Below the pieces are notes generated by a model. The model made no database searches and had not been told where the DNA came from. It was given only the letters and a program-made list of their open reading frames with translations. The translations under genes and the position numbers were made by a program. From positions 330,001 through 362,000 of the forward strand of contig NZ_CP043316.1 of the NCBI RefSeq assembly GCF_008189405.1: 32,000 nucleotides of DNA. Direction: 5' to 3'. The stretch is from Candidatus Saccharimonadota bacterium. GTDB taxonomy: Bacteria; Pseudomonadota; Alphaproteobacteria; CAJXXZ01; 1604HC. Shown piece by piece: positions 25,456 to 32,000 of the stretch; positions within the stretch are counted from its first letter, which is position 1; every line of letters starts with the position of its first letter.

Positions 25456-27339
25456 ATGGAAAAAATAATTAACAAAACACAACAAGGAACATCAAACAGC
25501 CAAAAAAGGCCATTTAATAGAAATAAAAAAAATGTTCCATTCAACAAAAAAGGGATGTCATTTAATAGAAATGCCAAAGCTAATAGTGATATAGAGAAAG
25601 CATCATTTGATATAAGCAGTATTGACATGAATTCTTTATGCTTTATGCCATTAGGTGGAGCTGGAGAATTTGGACTTAACTTAAACTTGTATCATTGCAA
25701 TGGAAAATGGTTATTAGTAGATTTAGGAATGAGCTTCGAAGATATGCCAGGATCCAATATAATACTACCAGATATTAATTTTATCAAAAAATTAGACAAA
25801 AAAGATATTATGGGATTGGTAATCACTCATGGACATGAAGATCATATTGGAGCTATTCCTTACTTAATCCAAGAATTAAAGATTCCTATTTTTGCAGGTC
25901 CATTTACATCTTCTTTAATAAAAAGAAAACTAGTAGATAATAATATTAAAGCAACCTTAAATACTGTAAACGTTGGAGAAACATTTTCACTAAACCCATT
26001 TGAAGTTAAGCTTATTAATGTAACACACTCTATTCCTGAAAGCTCAATGGTATATATAAAAACACCTTTAGGTAATATTATGCATACAGGTGATTGGAAG
26101 CTAGATAATAGCCCTGTCACTGGAGAAAAAACTGATATGGAATCATTGGAATCTGCTGCAAAAGATGGAATATTAGCTGCTGTATCTGACTCAACAAATG
26201 CTATGACTTATGGAGAGACTGTATCTGAAGAAACTGTTAAAGAGTCTATTAATGAAGTACTATCAAAAGTTGATAGAAAAAACCGTATAGTTATTGGTTG
26301 CTTCTCATCAAATGTTTCTAGGATAGATTCATGTGCTAGATTAGCACAAAAATATGGAAGAAAAGTTGCGTTAGTTGGAAGATCCATCCATAAAATCAAA
26401 GAATCAGCTTATGAGCATGGGTATTTTGCTAACTTACCTGAATTTTTAACTGAAGAAGAAGGATTCAAAACATCTAAAGATAAAATTTTATTTATTTGCA
26501 CAGGATCACAAGGGGAAACAAACTCTGGACTAAAAAGAATGTCTGAAAATGACCACCCTAGAATTAAATTAGATAAAAGTGACACGGTTATAGTTTCAGC
26601 TAAAACTATTATAGGAAGAGAAAAAGAAGTATCAGGAATGTTGAATAATTTTGCAAGAAATAATGTAAAAGTAATTACATATTCTGAAGATGCACCTATA
26701 CATGCATCAGGTCATCCTGTAAGATCAGATCTAAAGAAATTATATACATTATTAAAGCCTAAATTTTTAATTCCTGTTCATGGAGAAAGATTACATCAAA
26801 ATGCCCATGCTGAACTTGGAAAAGAAATGGGAATAGAGCCTGCTGTTATAAAGAATGGTGATATATTAAAAATTGAACAATCTAGCATGAAAATCATTAA
26901 TAACTTTCCTATCTCTAAATCTGTATTAGATGGTAAGGTAGTGGTTCCATATGATGGAAAAACCATGACTGAAAGATATTGGTTAGAAAATGGATGTATT
27001 TTCGTGAGCATACTAATTGGAAACAGAGGATATTTCAAATTAATAGCAACATTTTCAGGAATATGTGAGCAGGATGATATTTTAAGAGACAAAGTAAAAG
27101 AAAGAATTAAAACTGCTATTATGTCATTAAACCAGGATGATAGAAAAGTTCAAAAGAAACTTGCAAGCGTTATTAGGAAAGCAATTAGGTATGTAATGTT
27201 TGAATTAAGAGGAAAAGATCCTGCTGTATTTATCCATTCAACTATTTTGGACAAAAAACCTGCATCTCCAAAAGAAGAAAAAGAAGGGGTACAAATTGAC
27301 ATTGATGAAGAAAGAGAATCTGATTCATTAGGAGATTGA
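25456..27339 (+). CDS. rnj: ribonuclease J (metallo-beta-lactamase / beta-CASP family)
   Basis: 627 aa. It has MPLGGAGEFGLN, the HxHxDH motif (THGHEDHIGA), and beta-CASP motifs (TGDWK, HASGH, PVHGE). An SD-like GAGAGG lies 5 nt before the ATG at 25456 and supports the long form, which has an N/K-rich N-terminal extension of about 57 aa. An alternative start is M58 at 25627. The C-terminal tail is acidic. Confidence 0.9.
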   Translation: MEKIINKTQQGTSNSQKRPFNRNKKNVPFNKKGMSFNRNAKANSDIEKASFDISSIDMNSLCFMPLGGAGEFGLNLNLYHCNGKWLLVDLGMSFEDMPGSNIILPDINFIKKLDKKDIMGLVITHGHEDHIGAIPYLIQELKIPIFAGPFTSSLIKRKLVDNNIKATLNTVNVGETFSLNPFEVKLINVTHSIPESSMVYIKTPLGNIMHTGDWKLDNSPVTGEKTDMESLESAAKDGILAAVSDSTNAMTYGETVSEETVKESINEVLSKVDRKNRIVIGCFSSNVSRIDSCARLAQKYGRKVALVGRSIHKIKESAYEHGYFANLPEFLTEEEGFKTSKDKILFICTGSQGETNSGLKRMSENDHPRIKLDKSDTVIVSAKTIIGREKEVSGMLNNFARNNVKVITYSEDAPIHASGHPVRSDLKKLYTLLKPKFLIPVHGERLHQNAHAELGKEMGIEPAVIKNGDILKIEQSSMKIINNFPISKSVLDGKVVVPYDGKTMTERYWLENGCIFVSILIGNRGYFKLIATFSGICEQDDILRDKVKERIKTAIMSLNQDDRKVQKKLASVIRKAIRYVMFELRGKDPAVFIHSTILDKKPASPKEEKEGVQIDIDEERESDSLGD

Positions 27340-27406
27340 AAACTTATTAAAAAAGCTGTATACTGCATGTATATCAATAAATTTTGAATAATTGGAGGAT
27401 AATTCG

Positions 27407-27589
27407 ATGGCAGTTCCTAAAAAACGAGTTTCGATTAATAAAAGAAGATTAAGACATTCTAATAGTAGAGTTAAATTACCTAATGTTGTAATTTGTACAT
27501 GTGGAAAATATAGATTACCACATCATGTATGCAAATCATGTGGAATGTACAAAGGAAGACAAATTCTAGATATTAAATCAAAAGAATAA
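27407..27589 (+). CDS. rpmF: 50S ribosomal protein L32
   Basis: The protein starts MAVPKKRVSINKRRLRHS... and has Cys pairs CTC...CKSC (zinc-ribbon type). The SD GGAGGA at 27394..27399 lies 7 nt upstream of the ATG at 27407. The track ORF starts 15 nt earlier. Confidence 0.95.
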   Translation: MAVPKKRVSINKRRLRHSNSRVKLPNVVICTCGKYRLPHHVCKSCGMYKGRQILDIKSKE

Positions 27590-27595
27590 AAGAGC

Positions 27596-28570
27596 ATGAA
27601 GAAATTTTCCATAGATTGTATGGGAGGAGATTATGGTCCTCAGGTTTTGCTTGATTCTGCCTCTCATATATTAAAAGAATATGAAGATCTGCACTTACTG
27701 TTTTTTATAGATAAAAATAGTGAATTCAGCATAAAATGTTTAGAGCCCTTTAAACATAGAATAGAAATCAGGAAATGTGATAATTTTTTGAAAGCTGATA
27801 AATCTTTATTATCTACATTAAAAAACTTCAAGTCATCAACAATGTATGCAGCGTTACAATCTGTATCTACAGGTGAAAGTAATGCAGTATTCACAGTTGG
27901 TCATACTGCTCCGTACTTCATATTAGCAAAAAAAGTTTTAGGTAGCCTAGATGGGTTAGATAGATTGCCTTTGGCTGTACTAATTCCATCAGTTAATGGG
28001 CATAAAGTATTAACTGATATAGGTGCAAATCTTGAATGCTCTGAAAATGACTTATATAATTTTGGCTTATTAGGAAAAGCATTTGCTACTAGCGTATTAG
28101 GAATTGAAAATGCAAGCGTTAGCTTAATTAATGTTGGGCATGAAGAAACTAAAGGCACTAGTGTTTTGAAGAATGCATCTAATTTATTTAAGAAAAATAT
28201 AGATAAAAATTTTAAAGGGTTTATAGAGGCTGATCAAATCTTTACATGTGAAGCTGATGTTATTGTAACAGATGGATTTTCTGGAAATTGTATTTCTAAA
28301 TCATGTGAAGGAACATCAAGGTTTATTATGAACAAATTCAATAAATATTGGATTGTACGCAAATTAATGTCTATGTTTTTACATAATGCAGATAGATATA
28401 ATGGTGCTGTCTTATTGGGGACCAAAGGGTTGTCAATTAAAGCACATGGTTCTTCAAAAATGCCATCATTAATCAATGCATTACGTACTACATATAAGTT
28501 TGCTGATAAAAACAAATCACTTACTAATAATCTAAACTCTATTGACTTTGCGTCAAATGCATTGCGATAA
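27596..28570 (+). CDS. plsX: phosphate acyltransferase PlsX
   Basis: 324 aa. It has the N-terminal DCMGGDYGP motif, VTDGFSGN, and the conserved rpmF-plsX-fabH gene order. Confidence 0.92.
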   Translation: MKKFSIDCMGGDYGPQVLLDSASHILKEYEDLHLLFFIDKNSEFSIKCLEPFKHRIEIRKCDNFLKADKSLLSTLKNFKSSTMYAALQSVSTGESNAVFTVGHTAPYFILAKKVLGSLDGLDRLPLAVLIPSVNGHKVLTDIGANLECSENDLYNFGLLGKAFATSVLGIENASVSLINVGHEETKGTSVLKNASNLFKKNIDKNFKGFIEADQIFTCEADVIVTDGFSGNCISKSCEGTSRFIMNKFNKYWIVRKLMSMFLHNADRYNGAVLLGTKGLSIKAHGSSKMPSLINALRTTYKFADKNKSLTNNLNSIDFASNALR

Positions 28571-28578
28571 TTTCAATC

Positions 28579-29511
28579 ATGATAAAAAACACAATGCTAA
28601 ATAATATTGTTAGTAATACAAATAACAATATGATGATAAGTGATATGGGCATTTCAGTACCAGAAAACCTTGTACATAATAATGATTTGCCAGAAAACTT
28701 AGATACAAATCATGAATGGATCCAGCAAAGAACAGGAATAGAAACTAGATATATAGCAAAAGATGAAACCACATATTCCATGGCATATAATTCTGTAAAG
28801 CATATGAAATTTAAAAATTTAAAAATCATTATAGTTGCTACATCAACTCCGGATATGGCATTTCCTTCATGTGCGTCTTATGTACATGAAAAATTGGAGT
28901 TAGAAAATGATGTTATGTGCTTTGATGTACATGATGCATGTAATGGATTCGTACAAGCAATGGATATTGCATTGAAATACTTAAAAGATTTTGAAGAATA
29001 TTCTGAAGTATTAGTAATTGGAGCTGAGACAATGACTAAACTCCTAGATTGGAATGATAGAGGCACAGCAATATTATTTGGTGATGGAGCAGGATCAATC
29101 TTACTCAATAATACGCATGGAGAAGTTTTATTTAGATCCTCAAAAAGCATAGCAAGCTATGACTCATTAAACACAAGCACAGGCACAGTTAAAATGAATG
29201 GGAGGCATGTGTTCAAAAATGCTGTTCATAGCTTCTCAGAAGATATAGCAAATGTCATGGCTGATGTAGGGAAAGTAGATTGGTTCATTCCCCATCAAGC
29301 TAACTTACGCATAATAGAATCTGTAATAAAAAACACAAATTTCCCTACAGAATCTGTAATTTATAATGGAAATAAATATGGAAACACATCTGCAGCTTCA
29401 ATACCATTAGCATTATTCGATTTTTTCCATAAAATCAAATCTGGTGACACAATATTACTCAGTGCTTTTGGTGCAGGACTACGTGGAAATAGCTTGTGTA
29501 TCAGGATATAG
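28579..29511 (+). CDS. fabH: 3-oxoacyl-ACP synthase III
   Basis: It has DTNHEWIQQRTGIETRYIA, the active-site Cys context (HDACNGFVQAMD), the His context (IPHQANLRI) and the Asn context (YGNTSAASIPLAL). Alignment to the E. coli FabH N-terminus suggests the true start may be the MMISDMG methionines at 28630/28633. Confidence 0.9.
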   Translation: MIKNTMLNNIVSNTNNNMMISDMGISVPENLVHNNDLPENLDTNHEWIQQRTGIETRYIAKDETTYSMAYNSVKHMKFKNLKIIIVATSTPDMAFPSCASYVHEKLELENDVMCFDVHDACNGFVQAMDIALKYLKDFEEYSEVLVIGAETMTKLLDWNDRGTAILFGDGAGSILLNNTHGEVLFRSSKSIASYDSLNTSTGTVKMNGRHVFKNAVHSFSEDIANVMADVGKVDWFIPHQANLRIIESVIKNTNFPTESVIYNGNKYGNTSAASIPLALFDFFHKIKSGDTILLSAFGAGLRGNSLCIRI

Positions 29512-29733
29512 CACACCTTTAAGCTAAGTTATATATTTATGTTAAATTATATATATTGAGATATAAGAAAATTAAAATACTATCATATTGAAAAATTAAA
29601 AACAGCATTGCATCATACATAAAATTTCATTAACCTAACTAAAGCTTTGAAAAAGTATGAATTAATAATAATTAATAATCTAAAGGTAAAAATGTTATAT
29701 AAAATTAAAAAGCATACTAAAAATTAGGACATA

Positions 29734-29769
29734 ATGCCTTCATATTAAAAAATGTCTTCATATTAAAAA
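29734..29769. repeat. 18-bp tandem repeat, 2 units
   Basis: ATGCCTTCATATTAAAAA is followed by ATGTCTTCATATTAAAAA, with one mismatch. It lies in the long fabH/tRNA-Thr spacer. Confidence 0.7.
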
Positions 29770-30035
29770 ATCAAAAATGCATAATAACTCCATACAAAAC
29801 TTCATTAAACCAGCTCAAATTTTAGAAAGCACAAATAAGTAGTATATTAGTACGTAAAATATACTAAAGTTTAAATATGAAAACACATGAAAGGTTTATA
29901 TACAAAACCTATTAATAGAAATACAACGTACACTTTTATCTATGCCATTGGAGAGATATGTACAATACACACATTATCTACGAAATGTATGATTGTAAAC
30001 TTTGCTTATCAATTCTTAAATTAATAAGCAAGTTC

Positions 30036-30165
30036 TACAAGCTCATGCTATTCGCTTGCTTAATCTATATAGTAAATTCCTTATGCCATTGGAGAGATTT
30101 TACAAGCTCATGCTATTCGCTTGCTTAATCTATATAGTAAATTCCTTATGCCATTGGAGAGATTT
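30036..30165. repeat. 65-bp tandem repeat, 2 exact units; the second unit contains the 3'-terminal 17 nt of tRNA-Thr
   Basis: 30036..30100 equals 30101..30165 (TACAAGCTCATGCTATTCGCTTGCTTAATCTATATAGTAAATTCCTTATGCCATTGGAGAGATTT). A third, isolated copy of TATGCCATTGGAGAGAT lies at 29941..29957. Confidence 0.93.
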
Positions 30166-30220
30166 GAACTCTCGGCCTCTCCCTTACCAAGGGAACGCTC
30201 TACCCCTGAGCTACAACGGC
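30149..30220 (-). tRNA. tRNA-Thr, anticodon GGU
   Basis: Hand-folded on the minus strand: GCCGTTG-TA-GCTC-AGGGGTA-GAGC-G-TTCCC-TTGGTAA-GGGAG-AGGCC-GAGAG-TTCAAAT-CTCTC-CAATGGC-A. It is 72 nt and CCA is not encoded. It is a GC-rich island. Confidence 0.9.
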
Positions 30221-30504
30221 ATAAATAAATTGATCCCATAAAAATACAATAAAAACAAGATACATATATATAAAACAACACATAATTAACATGCTTTTTA
30301 TGTTTTGAGCTATACATTACTCCAATTTATCAACATTTATAAAATAACATAACAATACTTAATAAAGATATGGCATTTCTATTTATTTGCCAAATTAAGA
30401 CTTTTTTTCATCTAAATTTACATAAAATTATATATAAATTTTAGTTTTTTTTTACTTTTTTGCCTAAAAATGTTTTTATTAACTTATGGATAGGAGAAAG
30501 TTCT

Positions 30505-31326
30505 ATGAAAGTCCTTCTAATAGAAGACGATAAGGCAGTAGCATCTGCGATCATTGCAATGTTGAAATCACAAAGTATCATTTGTGACCATGATATAAAT
30601 GGTCAAGATGGATTTGATTCTGCAAGATTATCAGATTATGATGTAATAATTTTAGATATGATACTACCAGATATAAGAGGTGAAGAATTACTAAATAGAA
30701 TTAGAGCCTGCGAAATCAAAACTCCAATTATTATTTTGTCATGCATTTCTGAAACAAATCAAAGAATTAAAGCGCTATCTGATGGAGCTGATGATTACTT
30801 GCCAAAGCCATTTGATAAACACGAATTGCTTGCAAGAATAAATGCGATTGTTAGAAGGTCTAATGGGCATGCAGCATCAGTTATTAGAATAGGAACATTT
30901 GAAATAGATTTACAACGTAAAACTGCTTCTATTGCTGGGAGAAACCTGGTACTAACTAAAACGGAATATAATATACTAGAATTATTAGCTAGAAGAAAAG
31001 ATTCTTTTTTACATAAAGATTCATTCCTAGATCATTTGTATAATTCTGATTGCAATGAACCTGGTAGAAAAATCGTTGATGTATTTATGTGCAAATTACG
31101 TAAGAAACTTTCTAATGCATTAGGTGACTCTAAAAATGATGATAATAGCCCAGCTATTGCTACGTCATGGGGGAATGGGTATAGATTAGATCAACGTAAA
31201 AATTTAGCAGATTATTTACTCCCCAAAAACAAAACCCAAACTAAGCAAATTTCAGATAATCAATTTAATAATAAGCATGATTTTATCAACTCTAAATTAA
31301 GTAAAAAAATTAAAATAAGCAGTTAA
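30505..31326 (+). CDS. ctrA: OmpR-family response regulator, CtrA ortholog
   Basis: ORF 30460..31326. I prefer the ATG at 30505 (MKVLLIEDDKAVA...) with the SD AGGAG at 30492..30496. The receiver domain has the phospho-acceptor context VIILDMILPD. The winged-helix block TKTEYNILELLARRK...IVDVFMCKLRKKL...WGNGYRL closely parallels Caulobacter CtrA (GKEYQMLELLSLRK...IIDVFICKLRKKL...WGRGYVL). Confidence 0.82.
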   Translation: MKVLLIEDDKAVASAIIAMLKSQSIICDHDINGQDGFDSARLSDYDVIILDMILPDIRGEELLNRIRACEIKTPIIILSCISETNQRIKALSDGADDYLPKPFDKHELLARINAIVRRSNGHAASVIRIGTFEIDLQRKTASIAGRNLVLTKTEYNILELLARRKDSFLHKDSFLDHLYNSDCNEPGRKIVDVFMCKLRKKLSNALGDSKNDDNSPAIATSWGNGYRLDQRKNLADYLLPKNKTQTKQISDNQFNNKHDFINSKLSKKIKISS

Positions 31327-31465
31327 AATTTTATAAACATTACCTATTCTATAAAGCATATTGTTCATTTTATTCTAATTAATATTTTGTAATAAGATAT
31401 TAATGCATTAAAGAGGTCACACTTTAAATTTGACCTGCATACCTAAAGCTGATAACCTTTCAATA

Positions 31466-32000
31466 ATGATTAATTGTTTTAATGTTTTTTTTGAATCATA
31501 TATTTCGGTATTTTTTATTTTCAACGCGTTTATGAATATATTTATTATAATCTCATTTACTCCCCATATGAATTTCATACAAAGACAAAATACTATTAGA
31601 AAATCTATGCTTGTTGCTGCTGCTGCAGTGTTTTTATTTGCAATCATAGGGCAGTTAATGCTTGATGTTCTAAACGTTACAATGTCTGCTATGAAATTAA
31701 CGGGAGCAATACTGATTGGTCCAGCTGCATATGATATGGTTGTGGGACATTCTATAGATAATAAAAAAGAACACAAAAATGATATGCACTTCTTCCCTAT
31801 AGGAGTCCCAACACTTGCTGGACCTGGAGTATTCACAACAGTATTAATGATTCTAAAAAATGGGGGAGCTGCTGATTTGATTCCGTCAATATTAGGCATA
31901 ATTGCAGCACTATTTACAACGTATTTTGTAGTTAATACAGGAAATAGGTTTTTCAGCACTATTAACAGCTCATATATACGTATGATGAGTGTGTTTTTCG
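31466..32000 (+). CDS. MarC-family (UPF0056) integral membrane protein; the 3' end lies beyond the window
   Basis: Not in the ORF track because it is an edge ORF. Hand translation of the frame starting at the ATG at 31466 gives MINCFNVFFESYISVFFIFNAFMNIFIIISFTP...RKSMLVAAAAVFLFAIIGQLMLDVLNVTMSAMKLTGAILIG...DMHFFPIGVPTLAGPGVFTTVLMI..., which includes the family-typical FPIGVPxLAGPG block. An in-frame TAA lies at 31409..31411. The listed minus-strand ORF 31417..31959 is its antisense shadow. Confidence 0.72.
   Translation, partial: MINCFNVFFESYISVFFIFNAFMNIFIIISFTPHMNFIQRQNTIRKSMLVAAAAVFLFAIIGQLMLDVLNVTMSAMKLTGAILIGPAAYDMVVGHSIDNKKEHKNDMHFFPIGVPTLAGPGVFTTVLMILKNGGAADLIPSILGIIAALFTTYFVVNTGNRFFSTINSSYIRMMSVFF

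Noticed and set aside
29941-30220. Integrated-element att sites at tRNA-Thr
   Set aside because: The duplicated tRNA 3' ends enclose only 45-140 bp of spacer. There is no integrase, excisionase or cargo. Two copies are part of a perfect head-to-tail 65-bp tandem. Local tandem duplication is the simpler explanation. It is kept as an alternative in the finding.
30056-30317. ORFs 30056..30241 (+) and 30108..30317 (-)
   Set aside because: Both run through the tRNA-Thr gene and the 65-bp repeat. They are spurious.
30300-30504. CtrA boxes (TTAA-N7-TTAA) upstream of ctrA and elsewhere
   Set aside because: TTAA half-sites are so frequent in this AT-rich DNA that by-eye hits are meaningless. I found no exact full site in the ctrA leader.
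31417-31959. 180-aa minus-strand ORF
   Set aside because: The + strand frame starting at 31466 encodes a convincing MarC-family membrane protein (FPIGVPTLAGPG). The minus-strand ORF is its antisense shadow.

Overview
This is a visibly AT-rich segment (roughly 30% G+C by eye, not computed) with low coding density. It looks like the chromosome of a reduced alphaproteobacterium of the order Rickettsiales, Anaplasmataceae-like. The lineage call is inference. It rests on a circularly permuted two-piece tmRNA, a CtrA-type response regulator, a lone GTA-type terminase, long AT-rich spacers, and tandem repeats that duplicate gene ends, as described for Ehrlichia ruminantium. Most of the window is housekeeping: dut (partial), pgsA, trpS, rlmB-like methyltransferase, an ABC exporter, dnaN, ssrA, tRNA-Leu(GAG), malic enzyme, mgtE, gyrA, ssb, a SEDS protein, a pseudouridine synthase, murA, RNase J, rpmF-plsX-fabH, tRNA-Thr(GGU), ctrA and a MarC-family gene (partial). 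I found no CRISPR array, IS element, integrase, toxin-antitoxin pair or recognisable defence system. The parts worth a second look are: (1) a three-gene tandem array of paralogous predicted lipoproteins at 20.2-22.6 kb, two of which share an about 92% identical 111-nt promoter/SD/signal-peptide cassette while their mature parts are diverged; (2) near-perfect tandem duplications that copy the 3' end of gyrA (113/114 bp, 3 units) and of tRNA-Thr (65 bp, 2 units plus an older ghost), leaving ghost gene ends in expanded spacers; (3) a permuted tmRNA with only 2 nt between CCA and G1, an atypical T-loop and a tag ending in VGA; (4) a 746-aa signal-peptide coiled-coil protein; (5) an intact orphan GTA-like terminase large subunit. 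All homology statements come from reading motifs in the translations. No database search was run.
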